This document shows, in pieces, positions 29,659-39,677 of a DNA stretch of 42,691 bases (positions are counted from its first letter, which is position 1; every line of letters starts with the position of its first letter). This DNA comes from Candidatus Kerfeldbacteria bacterium (lineage in GTDB: Bacteria; Patescibacteriota; Patescibacteriia; SBBC01). The stretch spans positions 68,479 to 111,169 of the forward strand of contig JACQPY010000017.1 in NCBI GenBank assembly GCA_016207275.1, given 5' to 3'. The notes beneath the pieces are model-generated. The model did no database searches. It was not told the origin of the DNA and saw only the letters and a program-made list of their open reading frames with translations. Made by a program: the position numbers and the translations under genes.

Positions 29659-30639
29659 TTAGGCTGGTAGCTGAGCCAGCAGGGTATGTACGTCATCGAG
29701 CGCATTGACCGTCGCCAACTGGCGGCGGGCGCGGGCGGCACCGGGCCGACCGCTCAAGTACCAGCCGAGGTGCTTGCGAAACTCGATCAGCGCTCGTTGG
29801 CCGCCGGCCGCCACCTGAGCGGCGTGTGCTGCCGCCACCGCGAAAACAGCTTCCCCGGGCAACGACTGAACTTGCTTATGCTGGAGGTAGTCCTTAACTT
29901 GTTGGAAAATCCACGGTCGGCCGAGGGCGCCGCGGGCAATCCCGAGGCCGTCGGCGCCGGTTTCGCCGAGCATCCGCGCGGCGTCGTCGGGAGTGCGGAT
30001 GCCACCGTTGGCCAGGACGATTCCTGGAAACTGTTCGGCCACGGCCTTAATCATCGCGGTGTCGACCGTGCCGTCAAAGCCGTGTTCGAAGGAACGGCCA
30101 TGAATCATGATGGCGGCGACGGGGAGATCCTTGATCGCCTTGACCAGGTCGACGGCAGTGTGGCAATCGTTGTCTGCGGGCTTGATTTCACGCCGCTCGC
30201 GGTGGATGCTCGTTCGAACCTTGATCGAGAGTGGAATGGAGAGCTCGCCCAATACCGCCTCGATTAGTTTTCGGGCGTAGGCCGGATCACGCAGCAGGGC
30301 CACGCCGGCCCCGTGACCAACCACCTTGTGGGCCGGGCAGCCGAAGTTGATATCGAGGCCGGCGAACCCGTGCGCCTGAACGATGTGGGCGGCTCGTCGA
30401 AAAACCTCGGCGTCCCGGCCGAAGATTTGGCAGACGATCGGCTGCTCGATTGGCTGGAACGCCATCTTGCGCCGAGCCGTCTGACTGCCGCGGACAATGG
30501 CCTCGGCCGAAATGAATTCGGTGTAGACCACGTCAGCACCGAACCGCTTGGCCACGGCCCGAAACGGCGCATCGGTCACCCCTTCCATCGGTGCCAGGGC
30601 CATCATGGGTTTTGGGAGTTGATTCCAGAAGTTAGTCAT
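29659..30639 (-). CDS. dusB: tRNA-dihydrouridine synthase (DusB-like)
   Basis: LAPMEGVTD, DINFGCP, IHGR, ANGGI, ARGALGRPW. Confidence 0.9.
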   Translation of the reverse strand: MTNFWNQLPKPMMALAPMEGVTDAPFRAVAKRFGADVVYTEFISAEAIVRGSQTARRKMAFQPIEQPIVCQIFGRDAEVFRRAAHIVQAHGFAGLDINFGCPAHKVVGHGAGVALLRDPAYARKLIEAVLGELSIPLSIKVRTSIHRERREIKPADNDCHTAVDLVKAIKDLPVAAIMIHGRSFEHGFDGTVDTAMIKAVAEQFPGIVLANGGIRTPDDAARMLGETGADGLGIARGALGRPWIFQQVKDYLQHKQVQSLPGEAVFAVAAAHAAQVAAGGQRALIEFRKHLGWYLSGRPGAARARRQLATVNALDDVHTLLAQLPA

Positions 30640-30684
30640 TCGGGTAGAAAAAATCGACGGTTCGTCGTCGACGGGCCAGTCAGA

Positions 30685-31209
30685 TTAGCACGAGCGTAGA
30701 CGGAGTTTCAAGGCGGCGTCGAGGTAGGTGCTGCCGTCCTTGGCGACCCAGACCGCTTTGCCGCCAGTCGTTTGGGGTAGGCAGACTGTGGTCGCGCCGC
30801 TCGGGGTATCGATGATGATGCTCTGAGAGGCGAATTGGACCGTTGTCGGTAAGGTGGTCTCCGCGGGGTTGAGCATCAGGATGGCCAGCGGGCCAGCCGG
30901 CGGCGTTTCGTTCGGCGGTGAAAACGTACCATCTTCCAATAGGCCGCCGGCAAAACGTCGGTTGAGATAAAAAGCAATTGGTCCGGGGTTGGCTTTTTCA
31001 TTACTGACCGCGCTCGAAAGGGCAGTGACGGTCAGGGGTTGCCGTCTCGTTGAAGTCGCGCGGTCGCGGTTGTACTCGACCAAGGCCAAGGCGCCCGTGG
31101 CCAACAAGGTTAGACCAAGCCCGAGGATAGCCACGAAGATGAAGATCACGCCGATGTTCGAGTGCGTGACGTACTGTTGAAGAAAATTGTTTTTTGGCGG
31201 CCCGTCCAT
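30685..31209 (-). CDS. Single-TM hypothetical protein
   Basis: N-terminal TM helix; TAGACT -10 box 6 nt before the ATG. Confidence 0.7.
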   Translation of the reverse strand: MDGPPKNNFLQQYVTHSNIGVIFIFVAILGLGLTLLATGALALVEYNRDRATSTRRQPLTVTALSSAVSNEKANPGPIAFYLNRRFAGGLLEDGTFSPPNETPPAGPLAILMLNPAETTLPTTVQFASQSIIIDTPSGATTVCLPQTTGGKAVWVAKDGSTYLDAALKLRLRSC

Positions 31210-31248
31210 GCATCCAGTCTACTATGGGGTATCGAGCTTGGTCAAACC

Positions 31249-32658
31249 CTAGCGAACGCGAATGGACGGACCGTCACTGGTGTCGTCGAGCACTCGACCG
31301 TGCGGTTCGAGCAGCTGATTGATATGGTGGCGCAGCTGGTCAGCTCGAGACCAGTTTTTGTCCGTGCGGGCTTGCTCCCGTTCAGCAATCAGTCTGGAGA
31401 GCCGTTCAGTCGTGGTCGCGTCGAGCGGCTGGAGGTGTGGTCGCTCAGCGGTGGCGGTCAAACCGAGGCCGAGCACACGGTCGAAGACCGCCAGTGACTG
31501 CAGTTTAGCTCGGCCCGGGTAATCGGAACGCAACATTTCGTGCAGGATAGCGAGTGCCTGCGGCGTGTCGAGGTCGTTGTTGACGGCCTGACGGAAACGT
31601 TCTTCAAACTCGGCGCAACCGATTCTCGGCTGCTCCGGGATTGAATCAACGAAGGCCCACAATCGTTTGAGCCCTTGGTCAGCGGCGGCCAGCGCGTCCC
31701 AGGAGAAGGCCAGCTTCGAACGGAAGTGCGTTTGCAATATCAGGTAGCGGAAGGCCCAGGGATGGAAACCTCGTTTGGCCACGTCGTCAAGGGTAAGCAT
31801 GTTACCTTCTGATTTCCCCATTCGTTGGCCAGGCAGTATCAGGAATTCGCCGTGCAGCCAATAACGAACAAACGGGTGCTTACCGGTGGCTGCTTCAGAC
31901 TGAGCAATTTCATTCTCGTGGTGGATCGAGATGTGGTCGATGCCGCCGGTGTGGAGGTCAAACTGCTCGCCGAGTTCTTTCATCGACATGGCCGAGCACT
32001 CAACATGCCAGCCAGGAAAGCCGACGCCCCAGGGACTACTCCACTCCATCTGCCGTTTGGCGCCGGGCGGCGAGAATTTCCAGAGGGCAAAATCGGTGGG
32101 CTGACGTTTGGCCGGGTTCACCTTGACGCGTGCGCCGGCCATTTTTTCCGCTACCCGTTGGCCGCTCAATTGTCCGTATCGCGGGAATTTGGCCGTATCA
32201 AAGTACAGACCGTCTGACGTTCGGTAGGTGAAGCCTTTTTCCTGGAGACGCTTAATCAGCTCAAGTTGCAGGGCGATCGTTTCGGTGGCCCTCAGGATGG
32301 TCGTTGGCTGGCGGACGTTGAGTCGTTCGAGATCGCGGAAGAATTCGTTTTCGTACTGACGGGCAATGGTAACGGCGTCGCGTTTTAGCGCGCGCGCGGC
32401 GCGCTCAATTTTATCCTCGCCCTCGTCGGCATCACTCGTCAGGTGACCGACATCGGTGATGTTCATCACGTGCTTGACTGCAAAGCGGTTGAACTCCAGG
32501 ACGCGACGGAGGACATCTTCAAAGACATACGTTCGAAGATTTCCCAGATGCGCCGTACCGTAGACGGTCGGGCCGCAGGTGTACAGACCAACGTGCGGGG
32601 GATTGATTGGTTGAAAGTTATCTAGTCGCCTGGTCAGCGTGTTGTAGAGTTTCAGCAT
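31249..32658 (-). CDS. cysS: Cysteine--tRNA ligase
   Basis: YTCGPTVY, HLGN, DFALWK, GFPGWHVECSAM, HHENEIAQSE, RMGKS. Confidence 0.98.
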   Translation of the reverse strand: MLKLYNTLTRRLDNFQPINPPHVGLYTCGPTVYGTAHLGNLRTYVFEDVLRRVLEFNRFAVKHVMNITDVGHLTSDADEGEDKIERAARALKRDAVTIARQYENEFFRDLERLNVRQPTTILRATETIALQLELIKRLQEKGFTYRTSDGLYFDTAKFPRYGQLSGQRVAEKMAGARVKVNPAKRQPTDFALWKFSPPGAKRQMEWSSPWGVGFPGWHVECSAMSMKELGEQFDLHTGGIDHISIHHENEIAQSEAATGKHPFVRYWLHGEFLILPGQRMGKSEGNMLTLDDVAKRGFHPWAFRYLILQTHFRSKLAFSWDALAAADQGLKRLWAFVDSIPEQPRIGCAEFEERFRQAVNNDLDTPQALAILHEMLRSDYPGRAKLQSLAVFDRVLGLGLTATAERPHLQPLDATTTERLSRLIAEREQARTDKNWSRADQLRHHINQLLEPHGRVLDDTSDGPSIRVR

Positions 32659-32734
32659 AGGTGCATTGTAGCACAACGTTGTGTCTCCTCCCCTCGGCTA
32701 CCGCCGTATCCTCTCCACAAATGTGAAGGGGAGG

Positions 32735-32880
32735 CGTGTACCCCTCTCCGCAGCGCGGCGCTTACGTTGTTCGCACCGCTTGCTCCCCTCCCCTTGGAAA
32801 GGGGAGGCGTGTACCCCTCTCCGCAGCGCGGCGCTTACGTTGTTCGCACCGCTTGCTCCCCTCCCCTTGGAAAGGGGAGG
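32735..32880 (+). repeat. Exact 73-bp tandem duplication of a CCTCCCC..GGGGAGG hairpin element
   Basis: Identical units 32735-32807 and 32808-32880, with a diverged unit at about 32686-32734. Confidence 0.9.
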
Positions 32881-32962
32881 CGTATTACGAAAAACCCTCC
32901 GGCGTTCCGCGCCCAGAGAGTTCTTCGCCTAGCTAGGGAGTGACCCTAGGTCAAAACCTGCC

Positions 32963-33112
32963 TTACAGGGTCGTGGCTAGGTTGGTCCACGCCGTCAGCC
33001 AGAGGCTGAGGAACGACACGATGGTCGCGCCAAGCAGGTAGCCGCCAGCCACTTCAACCATGACAGCCGGTTGTTTGGCCTGCTTAGTTGGCTGGGTCGG
33101 TTGCTGTTCCAT
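32963..33112 (-). CDS. 49-aa single-TM peptide (below the ORF-track cutoff)
   Basis: AAAGGA RBS; MEQQPTQPTKQAKQPAVMVEVAGGYLLGATIVSFLSLWLTAWTNLATTL. Confidence 0.55.
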   Translation of the reverse strand: MEQQPTQPTKQAKQPAVMVEVAGGYLLGATIVSFLSLWLTAWTNLATTL

Positions 33113-33203
33113 TGATTGTCCTTTCTGTTTTTGTCTTCGATGCTTCGACTTCGCTCATCCTTCGAAAACGCTCCGGATGAGCCCCGGTCGAACGGGGCGA
33201 CCT

Positions 33204-34244
33204 TTATTGAGCCGATCCTGATTGAGCGCGCGGCGGCTCACCAGGTTGGTTCATCGAGGAAGGGGGAGGAGCCAGGGGAGGGGCCTCATCGCGGAACGCG
33301 ATCAGGTCATTCGTCCATTCTTTGACGATCGTCTGAATATCGCGTTTGGTAACCGTTGGTAGTTCGCTCGCCGGCGTCCGGGCGGGGTGGGTGATCGTTG
33401 CCAAGCGTACCATGGCGCCGGCCTCGTCAAGCAAATCAATGGCTTTATCGGGGAAGAAGCGGTCAACCAGGAATTGATCGGCTAACTTGACGGCCGCCGC
33501 CAGGGCATCATCACCGTATCGAACCTGGTGGTGCTGCTCGTACCGCTGCTTTAAGCCCTGGAGAATGGCCAGTGTTTCCGTCGCGTCTGGTTCTTCAACG
33601 ATAACCGGCTGAAACCGCCGTTCGAGCGTTGTGTCGTGCTCAATGTACTTGCGGTACTCTTCCATGGTCGTCGCGCCGACTACTTGCAAGTCGCCGCGGG
33701 CCAGCGAGGGTTTGAGGATGTCGGCCGCGTCAATCGCCCCGCTGGCCTGACCAGCCTCGGCCAAGGTGTGGATTTCGTCGACGAACAGGATGATCTGTCG
33801 TTGGGCCAAGATGATTTCGTCCATGACTGTTTTGAGTCGTTTTTCAAACTCGCCGCGGTACTTGGTGCCGGCGACCAAGCTGGATAAATCCAGGGCCAGC
33901 ACGCGCTTGTTGCGGAGCGGTTCGGGCACCTGGCCGTTGGCGATTTCGCTGGCCAGTTCTTCGACGATGGCGGTTTTCCCGACGCCGGAATCGCCGATCA
34001 GGACGGGATTGTTCTTGGTCCGGCGGGATAGGATTTGGATGACGCGGGCGATTTCGTGTCCGCGTCCGACGACCGGATCGAGCTGACCGGCGCGGGCCAG
34101 CTTGGTCAGGTCACGGGAGTACTGGTCGAGCGTCGGTGTCCGCGACGATTTTTCGCGAAGGTTTTCTCGGTACAACCACGCGCCGACCGCAGCAAACAGC
34201 AGGCCGACGAATACGTATCCAGCGTAAGGCGGAAGTTCGATCAT
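33204..34244 (-). CDS. Membrane-anchored Clp/Hsp100 ATPase with NBD1 only
   Basis: N-terminal TM helix; [52 protein letters not shown]; no NBD2. Confidence 0.9.
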   Translation of the reverse strand: MIELPPYAGYVFVGLLFAAVGAWLYRENLREKSSRTPTLDQYSRDLTKLARAGQLDPVVGRGHEIARVIQILSRRTKNNPVLIGDSGVGKTAIVEELASEIANGQVPEPLRNKRVLALDLSSLVAGTKYRGEFEKRLKTVMDEIILAQRQIILFVDEIHTLAEAGQASGAIDAADILKPSLARGDLQVVGATTMEEYRKYIEHDTTLERRFQPVIVEEPDATETLAILQGLKQRYEQHHQVRYGDDALAAAVKLADQFLVDRFFPDKAIDLLDEAGAMVRLATITHPARTPASELPTVTKRDIQTIVKEWTNDLIAFRDEAPPLAPPPSSMNQPGEPPRAQSGSAQ

Positions 34245-34267
34245 GGTGTTGGTGTTGCGGTTGACGC

Positions 34268-34507
34268 CTACGGCGTCGTGAATGACCGGTCGGTCGAGGG
34301 GTCAGCCGGCGTCGGGGTCGCCTCGGTGTTTTTGGTCGGCGAAGTCAACGGAACGCTGAGGCCGCTCGACGAACGAGTCGCCAGGGTATAGATGGCCGCC
34401 GTGATGGTGGCCAGCACTACCACCATGGCCGTCGCGACCATCAGCCCAACTGAAATCTTGTGGGCGGTGGTTATTTCCGTGGTTGTTTCGAGGTTTGGTC
34501 GTGGCAT
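34268..34507 (-). CDS. Small single-TM protein
   Basis: Hydrophobic helix plus Thr/Pro-rich tail; co-oriented with its neighbours. Confidence 0.6.
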   Translation of the reverse strand: MPRPNLETTTEITTAHKISVGLMVATAMVVVLATITAAIYTLATRSSSGLSVPLTSPTKNTEATPTPADPSTDRSFTTP

Positions 34508-34550
34508 GAAGCGGCGTTACACTGTTTCCAGTTTAGGACGGTTCCGGAGT

Positions 34551-35477
34551 TTATTCAAGCAGGCGACGACGCTTAAAGAATTGACGGGCGGCAATACCGC
34601 TCAAGATAATCAGGCCGAGTAAGGTCCAGAAGGCGCCCGGTCCCTCAACCAGGGGCGTGCCGCGGGCCCGGACGGCAAAGAGGGTGGTGACCAAGGTCAT
34701 GAAAAAAATCATCACCGACATGGTGGTGAAAGTCCGCATGATGTCGTTCAGCTTGAAGGACATCAGCGATTCGTTGGTGTCGTGGATGGTGTCAATCGAT
34801 TCACGGTAGCTTTCGAGCAAGTCCCAAATTTCTTTCGTCCGATCAATGGTTCGTTGCAGCGACGGGATCGATTCTTTGGCCCCGGCTAAACCGTTGAGGT
34901 GGAGAATGTCGAGGACGCGCTTGAGTGTGTTTTTGTGGGTTTGGACGATGCGGCGAAAGTCAGTGATGTTTCGCCGAACCACCGCCACTTCGGCGACCAT
35001 CTGTTTTTCCTTGCCGCCGAAGACGGCTTGCTCGGCGCGGTGGATGTCGAGCGAAATGTGGTCGAGCATTGGGTAGAGGGAAACGACGAGGCGGTCGACC
35101 AGTTCGTGCAGTAGGCTGACGCTGGTCCCACCGATAGATTCGCGCAGATCGGCGTGGTCGGCAAATTGGTGACGGAGGGCGCTGAGCGGCGGCAGCCGAC
35201 CCTCGTCAACCGTGACCACGTAGTCCGGACCGACAAAAAAGTCAATCTCGCCGGCTTCGATCGCGCGGGTCTGCCGGTTGTAGACGGGGAAGAGCAGGAC
35301 TAAAAAAACGTAGTCCTTGTAGCGCTCAACTTTTTGACGCTGGCCTTGCTTACGACAATCAGCAATATCGAGCGGATGAAATGAAAACTCTTCGCCGAGA
35401 GCAATCAGCTCGGCGTCGGTTGGTTTATCGAGGTGCAGCCAGCGCACATGGTTGCTGCGGACTTCCGTTCGCGGCAT
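34551..35477 (-). CDS. CorA-family divalent cation transporter
   Basis: FHPLDIADC, RQKVERY, EIDFFVG, LNDIMRTFT, two C-terminal TM helices; GMN motif absent. Confidence 0.85.
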   Translation of the reverse strand: MPRTEVRSNHVRWLHLDKPTDAELIALGEEFSFHPLDIADCRKQGQRQKVERYKDYVFLVLLFPVYNRQTRAIEAGEIDFFVGPDYVVTVDEGRLPPLSALRHQFADHADLRESIGGTSVSLLHELVDRLVVSLYPMLDHISLDIHRAEQAVFGGKEKQMVAEVAVVRRNITDFRRIVQTHKNTLKRVLDILHLNGLAGAKESIPSLQRTIDRTKEIWDLLESYRESIDTIHDTNESLMSFKLNDIMRTFTTMSVMIFFMTLVTTLFAVRARGTPLVEGPGAFWTLLGLIILSGIAARQFFKRRRLLE

Positions 35478-35634
35478 GGTGTTTGTTTTTGCGGATATTG
35501 ATTTTGTAACAACATTGTAGCACGTTTTTTCATTTTTGGCAAGAGCGGGCGCAGGTCGTGCAGGTATGATAAAGGGCGCTTGGAACATCGTGTTCCTTGC
35601 GCCCTTTGAGGTCAGCGATGACCGTCCGAGGTCA

Positions 35635-36318
35635 TCAGCGACGAATGTTCGAGTAGGCCGGCTGGATCACGCCCCCGTAGATCACGCCCGTGCACCTGGG
35701 CCAGCCCTGGAGATCGAGTACTCTCCACGTCTTCACTCCCCAGCCGTAGGGGCTGATCATGGTGGTCCCGTACGGGCCAGGAATGATGCTCGGCGAGTTG
35801 CGTCCGCCGGACTTGGTCCAGCGGATGTCCACGCCGTCGACGTTTCCGCCCGGTATGAGTGCGATTTGCTCGCCGCAGGCCGGGACGGGGAACTTCCCGA
35901 GCATCACGTCCGTCCGCGGATCCGGGTGGTAGAGGAAGACCTCCAAGGTGGTGGCGGTTTTGTTGGTGAACGCCACCGGCACCAGGGGGTACGGGTTGTT
36001 CAGGCCGTAGTACGGAATCGGCACCTGGAATCGGTACCCTGGCACGTCACCCATGAAGTGTCCATTCATTCGGGTGAAGACGCCGAGCGTTTCCGGGTAG
36101 GCGACTCGGCCGCGGCCAGTGTAGGCCACCAGGAAAGCGTGGCTGGGATCGGCCGGCACGAGATACGTACCGTGCTCGACCAGGACCTCGGTCTCGTGCA
36201 CGACGCGGCGAACGTAGCCGGTGTCGCGCACGCGCTTGACCAGGTAGTACCCGTAGAAGCAGGACGTGTTGGCGAGACACAACGCCAGACTGACAAGGAG
36301 CAGCATGATTCGGTTCAT
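35635..36318 (-). CDS. Hypothetical secreted protein or lipoprotein
   Basis: MNRIMLLLVSLALCLANTSC signal-like N-terminus; AAAGGA RBS; strongly G/C-ending codons. Confidence 0.6.
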   Translation of the reverse strand: MNRIMLLLVSLALCLANTSCFYGYYLVKRVRDTGYVRRVVHETEVLVEHGTYLVPADPSHAFLVAYTGRGRVAYPETLGVFTRMNGHFMGDVPGYRFQVPIPYYGLNNPYPLVPVAFTNKTATTLEVFLYHPDPRTDVMLGKFPVPACGEQIALIPGGNVDGVDIRWTKSGGRNSPSIIPGPYGTTMISPYGWGVKTWRVLDLQGWPRCTGVIYGGVIQPAYSNIRR

Positions 36319-36516
36319 TTTCGTCCTTTCGGTAGGCGTCCTCACTTTGGTGAGGCGCGGTCAGGATGTGCAACCGGAGCGTCAACTCTGAAACGGACCA
36401 GCATAGCACAACGGCAGAAAAAGTCAAGAGCAACAATAGTGTTCAATTGAAAAAGTCGCTGATTTCTGCTATAATTTAGGTACCGAAAACAAACTGCTAA
36501 CCTTAGCATTGCGACT

Positions 36517-37044
36517 GTGTCAAATGGAACGCCGGGTGGAGTAAACCGAGAGCCAGGACGCGACGACCAACTGCGTCCGGAGCTGTCTCGCCCTGAACAG
36601 GAGCGCCACGTTCAAGTCCGGACTGAGCATGAACCGTTGCCAGAAACCGAGTCCGAACGGATTGAACGAAAGATCCTTGAGACGCAGCGCGCGGCTGAAG
36701 TTCGTGAGCGACCAGCGGCGCTGCCAGCGGCCCAACCGTCTGCCCCTGCGCCAGTCGATCCGGTCGTTAAGGAAATCGAAAATATTCTGAGCGAAGACCT
36801 TGGACCGATCTACCGCGCCATGACGCCGGCCCAGCAGCGCGTTTTCAAAGTTGAGGGCGAACGGACGGCTACGGCCATTCGCCGCCTGCTCGAGCAGCTT
36901 AAAGTCAGAGCTAAAACCATTCTCGATTTGATTCGTCGGTGGCTGCGGGTCATCCCCGGTGTCAACAAGTTTTTTATGGAGCAGGAAGCGAAGATTAAAA
37001 CGGATAAGGTCATGGCGCTGCACGACCAGCTCCACCGCCAGTAG
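36517..37044 (+). CDS. Hypothetical protein upstream of the VirD4-like ATPase
   Basis: Charged N-terminus, helical C-terminal domain (IENILSEDL..WL..IPGVNKFF.EQEAKIKTD); 7 nt before the next gene. Confidence 0.8.
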   Translation: MSNGTPGGVNREPGRDDQLRPELSRPEQERHVQVRTEHEPLPETESERIERKILETQRAAEVRERPAALPAAQPSAPAPVDPVVKEIENILSEDLGPIYRAMTPAQQRVFKVEGERTATAIRRLLEQLKVRAKTILDLIRRWLRVIPGVNKFFMEQEAKIKTDKVMALHDQLHRQ

Positions 37045-37051
37045 AGGACCG

Positions 37052-39628
37052 ATGCTGGCGGTCGTTACACCAATCGATTTTGAACTAACGTCTGAGACCG
37101 TGACCAAGCTGTCGGACAGCCAGGTTTTTGGCGCGGCTATCTGGGTTGTGGTCGCGCTCGGCATCACCCTGCTGGCAGTGCTGATTCTGCGCTGGCTGCT
37201 CCACTACCTGGCGCGGACCTCGGTCAGCATGCAAAAGGTGGTGCTGCTGGCGACTGTCCCCAAAGAACAAAGTGAGGAGAAGCAGCAGCGGCCGCTTGAT
37301 CCAAAAGAGGTACTGGCTCAGCTCGAAACGTTTGTCTTAAACCTCGGCGGCTTGCCGGCCCAACGGTCAGCCAACGTCATCAAGAACGCCTGGGACAACT
37401 TCTGGTTTGGCCGGAACGATGAGCTGGCTTTTGAAATTGTGGCTGACCAGGGGGTGATTAAGTTTTTCGTGGTCGTGCCTCGACACCTGCAGCAGTTGGT
37501 TGAGCTGCAGCTCCACGCCCAGTACCCCAAGGCGTACCTGGAAGCGGTGACTGACTACAACATTTTTTCGGCGCGAGGGCAGATCATGGGCGGTTACCTC
37601 AACCTGACGAAACGCAGTATGTTTCCGATTCGCACCTACAAGAAGCTTGACGCTGATCCGCTGAACGCCCTGACCAACGTCTTGTCGAAGATTGGCGAGG
37701 ACGCTGGCGCGGCTATCCAAGTTACGCTCCGGCCGGCCCGCGGCCACTGGCAGCAGCCGGGGCAACGCGTCGCCCACCGGCTGCAGCACGGTAAAAAGCT
37801 GTCCGAAGCCATGGGCGCGACTGGCATGGCCGGGGCGCTAAAGACGGCGGCCACGGTCACAACCAGCAGCCTGCGCTCCTCCTCGACCGAACAATCGGCA
37901 CAGAACCGCATGCCCTACCTGACGCCGATGGAACAGGAGTTGGTCAAAGCGCTTGAGGAAAAAGCCAGCAAGCCCGGTTTTGAGGTAAATATCCGGCTGG
38001 TGTCATCGGCGCCCGATGTCCAGCGAACCCGCGCCAACTTAATCAACCTGACCAATGCCTTTACCCAGTACCGCGGCCAGGAAACGGAAAACGGTTTTGT
38101 CCGCCGGCGCTTGATTCGCCGCAGCGCGTTTATCGAAGCCTTCATCTACCGGCACTTTAGTCAACGGCACAAGTTCATTTTGAACAGCGAAGAAGTAACC
38201 TCACTGTGGCACTTGCCGTTGCCGACCACTGAGACGCCGAACATTTTGTGGCTGCACGCCCGGACTGCGCCGGCGCCGGCCAACCTGCCGGCTGAAGGTA
38301 TCAGCCTGGGCAAGAACGTCTTCCGCAGCGTTGAGCGAGTAGTCAACCTCAAACGCGACGACCGACGTCGGCACGTCTACATCATCGGCATGACCGGCTC
38401 AGGCAAGTCGGTCTTGATGGCGGAGATGGCGAAGCAGGACATTCGCAATGGCGAGGGCGTCTGCGTGGTTGACCCGCACGGTTCGCTGGTCGAGGACATC
38501 ATCCAGAGCATTCCGCGCGAGCGGTTCGACGACGTGGTCTACTTTGATCCCTCCGACGTCGAGCGGCCGGTCGGGCTTAACATGCTCGAGGCCAAGAACG
38601 CCCAGGAGCGCGATTTTGCCGTCCAGGAAATGATCGCCATTTTCTACAAGCTTTTTCCGCCGGAGATGATCGGGCCGATGTTCGAACACAACATGCGCAA
38701 CGCCATGCTGACGTTGATGGAAGACCAGGAGTATCCCGGGACGATTGCCGAGATCCCGCGCATCTTCACCGACACCGCCTTCCAAAAGTACAAGGTGGCG
38801 AAGCTGACTGATCCGGTGGTCCGCAGCTTCTGGGAAAAAGAAATGGCCAAAACGTCGGATTTCCACAAGTCGGAAATGCTCGGCTATCTGATTTCCAAGG
38901 TCGGCCGGTTCGTCGAGAACGCGATGATGCGCAACATCATTGGCCAGCCTGGCTCGGGCTTCAACCTGCGTCAGATGATGGACCAGAAAAAAATCCTGCT
39001 GGTTAACCTGTCGAAAGGCAAGGTCGGCGAAGTCAACGCCAACCTGCTCGGCTTGATTATCGTCTCCAAGCTGCAGATGGCTGCCTTGTCGCGGGCTGAT
39101 ACTCCCGAACACCAGCGCAGTGACTTCTACCTGTACATTGACGAGTTTCAGAACTTCATTACTGACTCGATCGCCACGATTCTATCCGAGGCGCGAAAGT
39201 ACAAGCTCAACCTGACCATGGCTCACCAGTACATGGGCCAGCTGGTCCAGGGCCAGGACACCAAGATCCGCGACGCCGTGCTCGGCAACGTCGGGACGAT
39301 GATCGCCTTCCGCATCGGCGTGGATGACGCCGAAATTTTGGAAAAACAATACGCGCCGGTGTTCTCGCTGTTCGACCTGGTCAACATCGACCGCTTCAAT
39401 GCCTACGTCCGGCTGTTGATTGACAACCGCGTGTCAAAACCGTTCAGCCTGGCCACCTTTCCGCCGGCGCCCGGCAGCCCGGCCATCGCCGCCGAAGTCA
39501 AGCGATTGTCGAGCACAAAGTACGGCCGCGATCGGGCGATTGTCGAAGCGGAGATTTTGGAACGCAGCCGGCTCGGCTCGGCCACGGCTGCGCCGCCCGC
39601 TCAACCAATGGCCGAACGGAGGTTTTAG
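37052..39628 (+). CDS. VirD4/TraD/TrwB-like (type IV coupling) ATPase with N-terminal TM helix
   Basis: RRHVYIIGMTGSGKS, VVDPHG, LYIDEFQNF, SEARKY, AHQY. Confidence 0.9.
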   Translation: MLAVVTPIDFELTSETVTKLSDSQVFGAAIWVVVALGITLLAVLILRWLLHYLARTSVSMQKVVLLATVPKEQSEEKQQRPLDPKEVLAQLETFVLNLGGLPAQRSANVIKNAWDNFWFGRNDELAFEIVADQGVIKFFVVVPRHLQQLVELQLHAQYPKAYLEAVTDYNIFSARGQIMGGYLNLTKRSMFPIRTYKKLDADPLNALTNVLSKIGEDAGAAIQVTLRPARGHWQQPGQRVAHRLQHGKKLSEAMGATGMAGALKTAATVTTSSLRSSSTEQSAQNRMPYLTPMEQELVKALEEKASKPGFEVNIRLVSSAPDVQRTRANLINLTNAFTQYRGQETENGFVRRRLIRRSAFIEAFIYRHFSQRHKFILNSEEVTSLWHLPLPTTETPNILWLHARTAPAPANLPAEGISLGKNVFRSVERVVNLKRDDRRRHVYIIGMTGSGKSVLMAEMAKQDIRNGEGVCVVDPHGSLVEDIIQSIPRERFDDVVYFDPSDVERPVGLNMLEAKNAQERDFAVQEMIAIFYKLFPPEMIGPMFEHNMRNAMLTLMEDQEYPGTIAEIPRIFTDTAFQKYKVAKLTDPVVRSFWEKEMAKTSDFHKSEMLGYLISKVGRFVENAMMRNIIGQPGSGFNLRQMMDQKKILLVNLSKGKVGEVNANLLGLIIVSKLQMAALSRADTPEHQRSDFYLYIDEFQNFITDSIATILSEARKYKLNLTMAHQYMGQLVQGQDTKIRDAVLGNVGTMIAFRIGVDDAEILEKQYAPVFSLFDLVNIDRFNAYVRLLIDNRVSKPFSLATFPPAPGSPAIAAEVKRLSSTKYGRDRAIVEAEILERSRLGSATAAPPAQPMAERRF

Positions 39629-39677
39629 TTCAAAGAACTTGAAAAAAGTTGAGAACTCGTTATAATGCTAAGGAGTT

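Noticed and set aside
32735-32880. CRISPR array
   Set aside because: The units are fully identical with no unique spacers, and there are no cas genes.
35536-36450. 304-aa plus-strand ORF
   Set aside because: Low-complexity antisense frame of the minus-strand gene that has an RBS and signal peptide.
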